A stretch of 64,000 nt of DNA, from positions 1 through 64,000 of the IMG/VR virus record IMGVR_UViG_3300008114_000042, one strand, 5' to 3'. The translations under genes and the position numbers were made by a program. The notes under the pieces are model-generated. The model ran no database searches, was not told where the DNA came from, and worked only from the letters and a program-made list of their open reading frames with translations. The first letter of the stretch is position 1; each line of letters opens with the position of its first letter. Origin of the DNA: a virus. Below are positions 1-10,100 of this stretch, one piece after another.

Positions 1-2
1 GT

Positions 3-203
3 GAAGCGACTGACTACATCGCTTGGGAGGATATGGCCTCCATTGCCGCTCACCGCTATAAGGCGAACCCTGCGGGTTCGGGCTGGCTACAAGGCCCGTT
101 CAGTATTCGGGCGAAGGCTCCGGTACTGCCTGCGTTCACCGCTGCCGACGCTGGCAAGACTCTTGCCATCAACCCTGCCGGTAACGGCTTCGTGTGGAAG
201 TAA
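3..203 (+). CDS. 3' end of a gene running in from the left edge, probably tail-fibre/structural (...KAPVLPAFTAADAGKTLAINPAGNGFVWK*)
   Basis: Frame 3 is open from the edge to TAA 201-203 and is followed by GGAG and a new ATG; more protein-like than the listed 1..210 ORF. Confidence 0.6.
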   Translation, partial: EATDYIAWEDMASIAAHRYKANPAGSGWLQGPFSIRAKAPVLPAFTAADAGKTLAINPAGNGFVWK

Positions 204-213
204 GGAGTAGCAG

Positions 214-303
214 ATGACACATCCGATTGACGAAGACCTCCTTGAAACTGAGGTGGATGACGCTGGGGTCATCAGCGCAAAGCCGTGGGCCCCGTCACCC
301 TAG
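214..303 (+). CDS. 29-aa hypothetical protein (MTHPIDEDLLETEVDD...)
   Basis: AAGGAG upstream, ATG 214, TAG 301-303. Confidence 0.4.
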   Translation: MTHPIDEDLLETEVDDAGVISAKPWAPSP

Positions 304-341
304 TTAGGAGCAGAACATGACCCGGAGCGCCAGAGCACTCG

Positions 342-350
342 TGGTATAAT
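342..350 (+). promoter_or_regulatory. extended -10 promoter TGGTATAAT, likely leaderless start at ATG 357
   Basis: TGGTATAAT + 6 nt + ATG, no SD in between; the motif recurs across the window. Confidence 0.7.
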
Positions 351-356
351 AGCACT

Positions 357-698
357 ATGCACAAAGAAAACATCCACGGACACATCTACGCTCTTCCTGA
401 CTATAACGACAAGTCAGATATTGATGTCATCTTCAAGGACTTTGCCGACACCCTGAATGTGATGCAGATATTTCTCAACCCTACCGCTATGACCGATCAG
501 AACATCAACTCACTGCTTGTCTTTGATAATGGCGCTACATTCAATTTGCCCCCCTCCCCAGTAAACATTCCCAACGGGTCAGAAGCAACATTCATCAACA
601 AAGGCGCAAGTCCCTTGGTAGTCAATGGTGTGTCTATTGCTCAATGGAAGAGCGCAAAGTTTATTAAGTTAGAGGACCACTGGGCAAAGGTGATCTAG
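357..698 (+). CDS. hypothetical protein, probably tail-fibre associated
   Basis: 113-aa ORF; N-terminus resembles that of the next gene; position in fibre region. Confidence 0.55.
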   Translation: MHKENIHGHIYALPDYNDKSDIDVIFKDFADTLNVMQIFLNPTAMTDQNINSLLVFDNGATFNLPPSPVNIPNGSEATFINKGASPLVVNGVSIAQWKSAKFIKLEDHWAKVI

Positions 699-1931
699 GT
701 GTCTCAATACAAGACATATGTGATTCCTGCTATGAATACCCCGGCAGACTTGCCAAAGGCCATTCGTGAGTTTGCTGCCTCCATTACCAATATCTATACA
801 GGCAAACTGTATAGTGACTACCAGATGACCCCAGACGATGTTGATGCGGTGTTCATCGTAGAAAGTGGAGCAACGGTACACATCACTACTCCTCCCGCAG
901 GCCCCGGAGCATTCCCCGTAGGTGGATATTTCGGGGTATACGTGAAGGAAGGATACGCCAAGATCGTCCCCGGCGCAGGGCAGGCAGTACAGAAGGTAAA
1001 CATCCAAGAAGTACGAGCAGGAGAGTTGGTCTATGTCTATTGCCTTGATACCACAACATTCTATGTGAATAGGGATACTGACGAAGCAGAAATCCCTGAT
1101 GGTGTGTCTTTTGCTACCGGCCTGCACTTCCTTGCTGATGGAAGGCTGCATTGGAGTGTGTTTCATGGAAGCCTTGGTGCTCCTACCGGATACGAGATAA
1201 GGGATCGCAATGGAAATCCAACCACTCTTCCTGTTGCCATTGACAGGGCAAATAGAATAGGCACTATTAACGCAGCATCCTCACAACCACAAACCGACTA
1301 CACCTTCAAGGTGCGCTCCATCCATGGCAGCATCTACGGTCCATGGTCGAATGTCGTAAGCACCCAATACAATGCACCAAGCAACCCCATTCTTGTTGAT
1401 GCCAACTCGCTTCACACAGGCAATGGTCAGTTCACGGTAAGGACTGCTGATCCTGCTGATGCATCTAAGTTTACCGTCACGGCAACGGTACTGGGAGGGG
1501 GAGGAAATGCATCGGTGGCGGCGGGTAATGGAGGGCAGATTATTACTTGCTCTGGCTCAACAACACAGACCATCAAACTTGAAGCATACGCAGGCTCCTT
1601 GAAGTTCTGGGAGCATATAGTCCAAAGGCAGCCACACACTCATAGAAGCGAGAACCACCGATACCCGTGCGGCTCCCACCAGTGCAACTGCTCGTCGTCG
1701 TGGGCTGCGTGTGGGTGTGGTGGTTGTGATAGGTACCCGGCTCCGAACTCGCAGTCGTGGGGTCAGTGTGGTTGCGGTCCTGCGTGGGGCATCCCCGACG
1801 GCACGATGTGCTGGTATGGTGGTCTAATCACTACTTGTGGGTCATGTACTTCCTACTGTGACAACTGGGTCAGCGTCCTTAACGATGTAGCAGGTTGGCA
1901 GAATAGGCACGGAGAATGGTATACAGGATGA
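699..1931 (+). CDS. putative tail fibre/receptor-binding protein with an FN3-like domain and a Cys-rich C-terminal tip
   Basis: FN3-like YTFKVRSIHGSIYGPWSNVV; 12 Cys in the last ~100 aa. Confidence 0.55.
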   Translation: MSQYKTYVIPAMNTPADLPKAIREFAASITNIYTGKLYSDYQMTPDDVDAVFIVESGATVHITTPPAGPGAFPVGGYFGVYVKEGYAKIVPGAGQAVQKVNIQEVRAGELVYVYCLDTTTFYVNRDTDEAEIPDGVSFATGLHFLADGRLHWSVFHGSLGAPTGYEIRDRNGNPTTLPVAIDRANRIGTINAASSQPQTDYTFKVRSIHGSIYGPWSNVVSTQYNAPSNPILVDANSLHTGNGQFTVRTADPADASKFTVTATVLGGGGNASVAAGNGGQIITCSGSTTQTIKLEAYAGSLKFWEHIVQRQPHTHRSENHRYPCGSHQCNCSSSWAACGCGGCDRYPAPNSQSWGQCGCGPAWGIPDGTMCWYGGLITTCGSCTSYCDNWVSVLNDVAGWQNRHGEWYTG

Positions 1932-1941
1932 GGAGAATAAG

Positions 1942-2586
1942 ATGATAGAGGTACCCTACCCAACAACATGGGTCAGAGATAGAACCATTTTGCGTGTCTT
2001 CAATAGCGACGGTAAGGAAATAGCAGACTATGATGGTGCTACTGGCCTTACCTTTATTCTCAAGGAAGAGAATGGAAAGTCTTACATTACTCCTGACTTG
2101 ACGCACATCGTCCCCGGTAGGTGGGAGTTCACGGGGGTATACATCACAGGTGGTGTCGATGCCCCCATGAAGACAAACGTTGTAACAGAAGCAGGCACCA
2201 AGTCCCCAGACAACCATGATGAGGCAGCAGCACAGGAAGCCCATCAGCGTATTCGCAGATCGAAGAAGAACCCGCGAGACTATGATGATAGTCCCTTCCT
2301 CTTTGCTCCTATCAAGGAGCGTGATACTCGTATGAGTATCTGCCGGGAGTGCCCACTCTACAACCACGAGTCAGGCACCTGTACCGTCGATAACTCATTC
2401 ATGGCCCTTAAGACAAACTTGGCCCAGAACGAATGCCCAGAAGGAAAGTGGGGTAAGGCATCCAACTACTCTGACAAGGCATTTGAAGAGCGCCGGAAGA
2501 AGATAAAGACCCCGGAGCAGACACAGGCACAGATAGATGACCAAGCAGCATTCGAAGCAAAACTTGCAGAACGGTTAGGTGAATGA
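1942..2586 (+). CDS. hypothetical protein with C-terminal Cys-motif module (DUF6171-like)
   Basis: RMSICRECP...CTVDNSFM..K......CPEGKW; GAGGAG RBS. Confidence 0.55.
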   Translation: MIEVPYPTTWVRDRTILRVFNSDGKEIADYDGATGLTFILKEENGKSYITPDLTHIVPGRWEFTGVYITGGVDAPMKTNVVTEAGTKSPDNHDEAAAQEAHQRIRRSKKNPRDYDDSPFLFAPIKERDTRMSICRECPLYNHESGTCTVDNSFMALKTNLAQNECPEGKWGKASNYSDKAFEERRKKIKTPEQTQAQIDDQAAFEAKLAERLGE

Positions 2587-2768
2587 TGTTTGTTGATGAT
2601 GAGGTTGCTATTGCTCGCCTCGCCATTTGCCGGGACTGCCCACTCCTATTCAAGCCAACATGGACCTGCAAATCCTGCGGTTGCTTTATGAAAGTGAAGG
2701 CCAGACTTGACTTTGCAGAGTGTCCCGAAGGTCACTGGGGCAAGGAAAATAACGATTTAGCAACGTAG
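2583..2768 (+). CDS. small Cys-rich protein (DUF6171-like)
   Basis: RLAICRDCP...CKSCGCFMKVKARL..AECPEGHW; ATGA overlap with previous gene. Confidence 0.7.
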   Translation: MMFVDDEVAIARLAICRDCPLLFKPTWTCKSCGCFMKVKARLDFAECPEGHWGKENNDLAT

Positions 2769-2789
2769 CGTGAATGCTACTTCTGTAAC

Positions 2790-2818
2790 TTGACTTTACA
2801 TTCCTCATCTGGTATGAT
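2790..2818 (+). promoter_or_regulatory. sigma-70/SigA-type promoter (TTGACT-N17-TATGAT, extended TG)
   Basis: Consensus hexamers upstream of the HNH-nrdJ unit. Confidence 0.6.
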
Positions 2819-2851
2819 GAGGCACCTACTACAAATTCAAAGGAGAATGTC

Positions 2852-3448
2852 ATGCTTGTTTTACCCACCACCCCGTCAGTAGACGGAGAGAGCGTTTTTG
2901 GGACCGTCATCGGTGGGTATAGGGTAATAGAGTTCTCCGGCTACACCTATGATAAGAATGGCAACAAGCAGCATCACCTATGGGAAGTAGAGTGCGTAGA
3001 GTGTGGAGAGCGTTACGTTCGCCAGAAGCAACACGTTAGAAACTCTAAACTTGGGTGTAGCAACTGTAAGGGAGAATTACAGTCTGGAACTCGTAGCGCA
3101 CACTGGCGTGGAGGAGAGTTTGTTCCTGCCCACTTCGTTGCGAAAGTAAAGCACGGGCTTGAGCGCCGTTCCAGAACACTCACCTTTGACTTGTCGTTTG
3201 ACTACCTTGATGCCCTGTGGCTTGCGCAGCAGGGACGGTGCGCCTACACAGGAGAGGAACTATGGTTCGGACGCTCAAAGGTGAATGGGAATGCCTCCCT
3301 TGATAGGATAGACAGCGCACTTGGTTACATCGAAGGAAACGTTCAGTTCGTTCACAAAGACATAAACATTATGAAATGGGATTTTCCCGAAAGCAGGTTC
3401 TTGGAACTATGCTACAAAATAACAGAGATGAGGAATGAAAGTGAGTAA
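2852..3448 (+). CDS. free-standing HNH-like (His-Me finger) endonuclease
   Basis: CVEC/CSNC Zn motifs, CAYTG, SLDRIDSALGYIEGNVQFVHKDINIMK; overlaps the nrdJ start. Confidence 0.75.
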   Translation: MLVLPTTPSVDGESVFGTVIGGYRVIEFSGYTYDKNGNKQHHLWEVECVECGERYVRQKQHVRNSKLGCSNCKGELQSGTRSAHWRGGEFVPAHFVAKVKHGLERRSRTLTFDLSFDYLDALWLAQQGRCAYTGEELWFGRSKVNGNASLDRIDSALGYIEGNVQFVHKDINIMKWDFPESRFLELCYKITEMRNESE

Positions 3449-6395
3449 GGTAAATGAGAACGGGTCGTTGGTAGATAGTTATTCCAATTTTATTGCTGTG
3501 AGCCGATATGCAAGGTGGATGGAGGACAAAGGCCGAAGAGAGACTTGGCAGGAGACCGTAGAACGCTACATGGCGTTTATGAAGAATCACCTCGTTAAGG
3601 AATACAACTATGACGCAGAGGCCCCTATTTTCAAGCGGGTAGAGCAAGCGATCCTCAACCACGAAGTGATGCCCTCCATGCGCTCCCTTATGACCGCTGG
3701 CCCCGCTCTGGAAAGAGACAACATCGCAGGGTACAACCCAGTAGTGGGAGGCACCAAGGTTCTCACAAGAGAGTTTGGCGAGGTAGCAATAGGCAAACTT
3801 TCCGGCACCACCGCCGAAGTTGTGAATAAAGATGGGAAGTGGGCCGACGCAGAGTTTCATTCCTATGGGGTACAGGATACATTTGAAGTGTCTCTTCACA
3901 GGAAGAATTCCCAGTCGAATGAGAGCGTAGTCTGTACGGCAAACCATAGGTGGATAAAGACAGACGGAGAAGTAGTTCCCACATCATCCTTGATGCCCGG
4001 TGACCATATTCCTTTCGCAACTGCTCCTCGCCCAGACACAGACAATATTGACTATCGCCTTGGTATCATCCACGGTCTTGTCTATGGCGACGGGACAACT
4101 ACATATTCACAGGAGCGAACAAAGGGATATCACATTCGTATCTGTGGGGATGGAGAAGAACTGCTTCCTTATTTTGACGAGCACGGAGTTGTCTGCTACC
4201 CACCATCAGCAAATGGCGATCCGGTAGTTATGCTATATGGGGCATTCGCCAAGACGCACTCGCTCAAAACCCTTCCATCAAAGGACGAAACGGAGAGTTA
4301 CCTCCTTGGTTTCTTCCGTGGGTGGTTTGCTGCTGATGGAAGTATCGGCAAAAACAGCAACGGCATCGTCCTTGCCGCTAATGAGGAAAGTGTTGAGTGG
4401 GCTAACGATGTCCTACCAAGAATAGGCATCCTCACTAATGGGGCGTGGGAAATGGGAAAGAGGACTAACTTTGGAGACAGAAAGCACAGGACTTTCTCCA
4501 TCTACCTATCCCGCTCCTCTATGGTAGAAGATGACTTCCTTATTTCAAGAAAGCGTAAGCGCTTTGTTCCACTCCAAGCAGAGTTTATTGTAGATAGCGT
4601 TATTGCTACCGGAGAGAAGGAGGAGGTGTTCTGTGCGGAGGTCCCCGACACCAATACTTTCACTCTTTCTGGCGGGGTAGTCACGGGGAACTGCTCATTC
4701 ATCGCTGTAGACAACCTTCGTGCCTTCGATGAGGCCATGTATATTCTGATGAACGGTACAGGAGTAGGCTTCTCCGTAGAGCAGAAGTACATCGCTCAAC
4801 TCCCCATCATCGCTGATGAGTTCTACGATACTTCTACTACCATCGTGGTAGAGGACAGCAAACTGGGATGGGCCAAGGCATACAAGGAACTCATCTCACT
4901 TCTCGCTACTGGGCAAATCCCCAAGTGGAATATGGACAAGGTGCGCCCAGCAGGAGCACGCCTCAAGACATTCGGGGGCAGGGCATCTGGCCCAGCACCT
5001 CTCAAGGACCTTTTCAAGTTCACCGTAGCAACATTTGAGAATGCAAAGGGTAGGCGGTTAAAGCCCATCGAAGCACACGACCTTATGTGCAAGGTAGGAG
5101 AAATCGTGGTAGTCGGTGGAGTAAGACGCTCTGCCCTCATCTCACTCTCCAACCTTGATGACTTTGAAATGGCGAAGGCCAAGAGTGGGCAGTGGTGGGA
5201 GAGTGATCCCCAGCGTGCCCTCGCCAACAATTCGGCGGTATACAACAGCAAGCCAAGCGTAGCCCAATTCCTACGAGAGTGGAGGAATCTCTATGAGTCA
5301 AAGTCAGGAGAACGAGGAATTTACAATATGGATTCAGTCAGGAAGCACATTGACAAGTTCGGAAGAAGAGATTCTAGCAAGGTTGCAGGAACCAACCCTT
5401 GTGGGGAGATTCTCCTTAGGGCGAACGAGTTCTGCAACCTCACCGAAGTAGTAATCTCCGCAGATGACACAGAGGATACTCTTAGGGATAAGGTAGAACT
5501 GGCAACCATCCTTGGTACTTGGCAGTCCACACTAACTAACTTCAAGTATATCCGCAAGTCGTGGAAGGCAAACTGCGAGGAAGAAAGACTACTTGGAGTT
5601 TCCCTGACAGGAATCTTCGGCAATACCCTCACCAACCACTTGCACGACGGCCTAGTGCCTCTCCTAGCCTCTATGAGGGCCGTAGCGGTGTCTGCGAACA
5701 AGGGTGAGGCTGAGCGACTGGGTATAAATGAAAGTGCCTCTATCACCTGTGTAAAGCCCTCTGGGACGGTTTCCCAACTCACAGGTGTTTCCAGTGGCAT
5801 TCACCCATGGTATTCAGAATACTATCTTCGTAGTGTACGAGCAGACAACAAGGACCCGCTCACGCAGTTCCTCAAGGACAGCGGTATCCCCAACGAGCCA
5901 GACGTAATGAAGCCAGACACCACCACGGTGTTCTCCTTCCCCATCGCTGCTCCCAAGGGTGCCACCCTCACCAAGGACTTCACCGCCATTGAGCACTTGG
6001 AACTATGGAAGGCGTACCGTGAGCATTGGACGGAGCATAACCCATCAGTCACCATCAACGTCCACGAGGATGAATGGATGGACGTAGGTGCGTGGGTATT
6101 CGACAACTTCGATGCTATTGGTGGAGTGTCCTTCCTACCAGCGACAGAGCATACTTACGCGCAAGCCCCATACATAGAGATAAGCGAGGTTGAGTATGCC
6201 CTCGCAGTAAAGAATATGCCTTCCAGTCTAACGTGGGAGATGCTTTCTCTTTACGAAAAGGTTGATGGAACAACTGGTTCGCAGGAACTTGCCTGTTCAG
6301 CAGCGGGTTGCGATCAGGTTGATATAGTCTCCGTAGCGCTTCCAGTAGATATAACAACTGGTGAGTTTGTTGTTCATACGTCTTCCGTTGCTTGA
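3435..6395 (+). CDS. nrdJ: adenosylcobalamin-dependent class II ribonucleotide reductase precursor containing an intein
   Basis: SRYARW, PSMR, GYN|CSF split by the intein, TNPCGEI, CNLTEV, VKPSGTVS, C-terminal ELACSAAGC. Confidence 0.92.
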   Translation: MKVSKVNENGSLVDSYSNFIAVSRYARWMEDKGRRETWQETVERYMAFMKNHLVKEYNYDAEAPIFKRVEQAILNHEVMPSMRSLMTAGPALERDNIAGYNPVVGGTKVLTREFGEVAIGKLSGTTAEVVNKDGKWADAEFHSYGVQDTFEVSLHRKNSQSNESVVCTANHRWIKTDGEVVPTSSLMPGDHIPFATAPRPDTDNIDYRLGIIHGLVYGDGTTTYSQERTKGYHIRICGDGEELLPYFDEHGVVCYPPSANGDPVVMLYGAFAKTHSLKTLPSKDETESYLLGFFRGWFAADGSIGKNSNGIVLAANEESVEWANDVLPRIGILTNGAWEMGKRTNFGDRKHRTFSIYLSRSSMVEDDFLISRKRKRFVPLQAEFIVDSVIATGEKEEVFCAEVPDTNTFTLSGGVVTGNCSFIAVDNLRAFDEAMYILMNGTGVGFSVEQKYIAQLPIIADEFYDTSTTIVVEDSKLGWAKAYKELISLLATGQIPKWNMDKVRPAGARLKTFGGRASGPAPLKDLFKFTVATFENAKGRRLKPIEAHDLMCKVGEIVVVGGVRRSALISLSNLDDFEMAKAKSGQWWESDPQRALANNSAVYNSKPSVAQFLREWRNLYESKSGERGIYNMDSVRKHIDKFGRRDSSKVAGTNPCGEILLRANEFCNLTEVVISADDTEDTLRDKVELATILGTWQSTLTNFKYIRKSWKANCEEERLLGVSLTGIFGNTLTNHLHDGLVPLLASMRAVAVSANKGEAERLGINESASITCVKPSGTVSQLTGVSSGIHPWYSEYYLRSVRADNKDPLTQFLKDSGIPNEPDVMKPDTTTVFSFPIAAPKGATLTKDFTAIEHLELWKAYREHWTEHNPSVTINVHEDEWMDVGAWVFDNFDAIGGVSFLPATEHTYAQAPYIEISEVEYALAVKNMPSSLTWEMLSLYEKVDGTTGSQELACSAAGCDQVDIVSVALPVDITTGEFVVHTSSVA
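3738..4691 (+). mobile_element. class 3 intein (318 aa) with a LAGLIDADG homing endonuclease domain
   Basis: Starts with Pro (PVVGGTKV); block B CTANHRW; GLVYGDG and GWFAADG motifs; block F VFCAEV; ends VVTGN|C; removing it restores AGYNCSF. Confidence 0.88.
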
Positions 6396-6435
6396 ACAAA
6401 AACAGCGGTGTGTTCAAGTGTGGTATAATGTCTCT

Positions 6436-7083
6436 ATGAGACAAAGACATTGGACACAAGAAGAAATAGCGTCGTGGGGAGAGGGTATGAAAAAGTGCCG
6501 GAAGTGCTTTGGTGTATTCCCTTTTAGTCACTACAAGCGTACAGAAAAAAGAAGTCTGTTCGGAATAGGAAACTACTGTAACTCTTGCCGAGGCGTGAGC
6601 GCGAAAAAAATGGACTGGACTGCCGAAGAGAAGGCGGCGTGGCCCGAAGGGCACAAAGAATGTACCGACTGCCGCAAGGTAAAGCCACTTAACGAGTTTC
6701 ATAAACAAAGTAGTGGAGTAATGGGAAGAACCTCTAAATGTGGGAGGTGTCGGTCGGACATTATGAAAGACAAGAGAAGCAGGGACATCCCGCACTCTCT
6801 GCTATATGGCGCAAAAGTGAGGGCAGAGAAAAAGGGTATTCCGTTTGAACTTGATATAGAAGATATTGTCGTGCCCGATGTTTGTCCCGTGCTCCTCACA
6901 CCCTTTACAAAAGGCAATACCGACACAGCAGCATCCCTTGATAGACTTGACGCAAGCAAGGGGTACGTCAAAGGAAATGTGAATGTAATATCACGCAAGG
7001 CGAATAGAATAAAGAACAACGCATCAGTAGGCGACTTACAGAGAGTGGTTGCTTGGATGGTGGAGGCATCGTCCGTGGTATAA
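6436..7083 (+). CDS. free-standing HNH-like endonuclease (likely leaderless start at 6436)
   Basis: Two tandem CxxC..CxxC repeats, VPDVCPVL, SLDRLDASKGYVKGNVNVISRKANRIK; TGGTATAAT at 6421-6429. Confidence 0.75.
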   Translation: MRQRHWTQEEIASWGEGMKKCRKCFGVFPFSHYKRTEKRSLFGIGNYCNSCRGVSAKKMDWTAEEKAAWPEGHKECTDCRKVKPLNEFHKQSSGVMGRTSKCGRCRSDIMKDKRSRDIPHSLLYGAKVRAEKKGIPFELDIEDIVVPDVCPVLLTPFTKGNTDTAASLDRLDASKGYVKGNVNVISRKANRIKNNASVGDLQRVVAWMVEASSVV

Positions 7084-7120
7084 TAGGATAAGACTTCACC
7101 CCTGTTAATAGGTTGTGACG

Positions 7121-7160
7121 AGGAAGGGCGGTAGGGAATAAAACCCCTGCCGCCTTTCCT
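7121..7160 (+). terminator. GC-rich hairpin (terminator-like) directly upstream of the next promoter
   Basis: AGGAAGGGCGGTAGGG / CCCTGCCGCCTTTCCT inverted repeat. Confidence 0.6.
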
Positions 7161-7180
7161 TGTACTGGTATAATAGACGT

Positions 7181-10100
7181 ATGACTGTGCAGTCGAACCT
7201 CTACGCATCCCGTATTTTCAGCGAGCATCCTATCACTTGCTTTCCGCTGGACGATGTGAATAACCCAGTGGTCAAAGTCACCCGGATAATGAATGATAAT
7301 GACTTCTCCTCGTGGACGGTAGGCCCCGGTATCGTAGAGGGGTATAACGATCCACCTGACCCTGCTAAGTGCGTCAACTTCACTAAGACATTGGTCCAGC
7401 AGCCCTTAAATATTGTTTCGCCTGTCTTTATTCACAACATCAGTGCGGTATCCCAACTGAATGTCTCATTCAGGATAGCGACAGACGCAGTAGGTGCTAA
7501 GATTTCGGTTGGGATAGAGACTGATGCCGGTCCCAAGGTCACTCCCACATCATCAACCCTCCCACACAAATTAGACCTTGATGGAGAGGTGGCAGGGGAA
7601 CTCTCCATTCCCCAGAACACATGGGTTGATGTGAAGGGACACGCTTACGGGTTTGCTTCATCTGAGAAGGAATACAAGATTTGGATTCGCCTCAGTGGAA
7701 CCCCTCATGGAGTAGACCTCAACTACTGGGTTTCAGACATCACCGTAATGAATGGCACAAAGGACATAACCACCATAATCACAAAAGAATGGAACGAAGC
7801 ACACTACAACTTTGACCCCATCTTCGGTGGCCTGACCTGCAAACTCCTTGAGGCCGTGCCTTACGCAGGAGCAGATGAGCGTGGCTATTACCTCATAGAA
7901 GACGATGAGTTGTTGGCAAAGAACTACGGCATCCCGCTTGTCTATGGTTCAGACAACTCTACAAAAATCTATCCTTCTACACAGACCTACAACATCAGCA
8001 AGGCAGAGTATCGGTCATGGTCGCTGGTAAAGAATGATGGTGGCCCAGATAATATCTGGGGAGACTGGAAAAGCCCTCACACCGTACACGACTTGCTCTA
8101 TGAATACGAGCAGAAGGTGTATTTCCCCTTACCATCTATTGTCCTTCCCGGTCACGGCGTCATCAACCAAGGAGGGCGCTACAACACCTACACCGTAGAG
8201 TTCTGGATGAAACTCACCAATAACTCCTTGACCTCCAAGAAGATTTGGGGACCTCTCCGTTCCTCTGATGGACTCTATGTGAAGGACGGTTTCATCACCC
8301 TGATGATAGGAAACAAGTTTGCCTCGCATCCTATTGGATCGTGGGGACGCCCTATGCTTATTGATATGATATTCCGCAGGGACCAAGCGGTGCTTGTCAT
8401 CAACGGAGAGCGCGTAGCGACTGTGCGCTTTGACTCGTCCAAGATAGACCTTGCTCCTGTAGATGAAGACTGGGTGGGCTTCTTCGGGGACAAGGACATC
8501 CAAAACTTTGAGATAGACTGCTATTCCCTCTTCCCCTATGCCGTGCCCGACCTTGTAGCAAAGCGTCGTTTCGTATGGGGTCAGGGAGTAGAGAGTGTCG
8601 CTGTTGATACTAATGCCTATGACTCGTCACTCGCTTTCATCGACTACCCCGTAGCAGAATACACTACACAGAAACTCTACCCCGATGTGGAGCGCTGGGA
8701 TGCTGGGTATTCAAACAACCTTGTTGCCACTCGCAACTCCCTATCAACTCCCAACTACAAACTACCAAGTATCAATATCGGCGGGTATACAGAAGATGTC
8801 TTCTACTGGGAGAACCTAGTGAAGAATGGGACGGATAATCGACCCGACACCTACTTCACTCTACATCCTGACCCTGCGTGGACGCAGCCCTGCCACTTGC
8901 TCTACAACTCTCTCAACGTGCTCAACGATCCGGTTAAGATGATCTACGGCACATTTGAGGGTCTGCGCACACCAGACAAGCAAACACTATTCAAGTTTGT
9001 GAATACAGCGAGCAAGCATGAGATAGAGTTCTTCCTCTTGGAAGATAAGGTCAAGGCAGAGTACCGTGGAGACACCACCTTCACGCTCCGTGAGCACACC
9101 GTAGACCTCTCTAAGCCATTTGGGGTGGGTATTCACCTAGGGGAACTTTTCGCTTTATACGGGTCTCTGGCTACCCGCTTCTTCGGCACACCCTCACTTG
9201 TCCAACTCTATGTAGGTGGAGATGGAGTCAATACCTTTGAGGGCAAGATATACAGGGTTGGCTTCTGTAATGAGGCAAGCGAAGCATCGCTTCCCGACTT
9301 TGGGGAGGTAGTCATAGAGTCAGACGTAGAAGCAAAATGGTTTATGACTGCAACAGCATCCTACACACTCAAGGCAAAGCAGGAGTTCAACACCTACTTC
9401 CTTGACATCGCTGTATCGGCCTACTGGGAGGAATACTTCCCTCTGTCCTACTTCGCCAAGATGGGATGGACTCCCGAAGGCCAGCAGGTATACGACCTTG
9501 ACTTCATCCAATACAACAGGGGCTTCCCCACTGTCGCCACACAAGATGTGGATGGAAACTACGACTTCTCCAAGTCTCCCATCAAAACCTATCTCACCTT
9601 CCAGCGCCTTACCAACAAGCGCATCATTAGGCACTTGGATGAGTTCCCCAATCACATCTCGCTGGGCAAGCACCGCATCGTGGACACTAACGAGGACAGG
9701 GTATTGGTGGTAAACGGAATGACCACCCGCGCTATGACCAACATCTCACAGGAGGCATTTGAAATAACTGACCGCACCATCATCTATCCTCCCAAGCGAC
9801 TGGGCATCCACAACACCGCTGTCGTCCTCCATCACAAGATAGAGATAGACGGCATCCTTTCCTCTCCCTTCAAAATGCGCTCACAGGCGCTTGCGAGCAA
9901 GGTACTGGACGACTTTGATTTCCCCCGTATTGGAACCCGGTATGGATATGAAATCTCTCCCTACCTACGAGCAGGACACTACTACGACTATCGTGGCAAG
10001 GTCCCATTCTGCATCTACAAGGGCAACACTCCCTACCTCTATCTCACACAGGATAGCGGCATAGAGGTAGTAGGGACACACGACACTATTGAAAAGGGAA

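Noticed and set aside
1-210. Listed 69-aa ORF in frame 1
   Set aside because: Likely a shadow; frame 3 (3-203) gives a more plausible protein and ends just before the next SD
1632-1931. Diversity-generating retroelement target in the Cys-rich tip
   Set aside because: No reverse transcriptase and no near-identical template repeat seen in this window; cannot exclude one outside it
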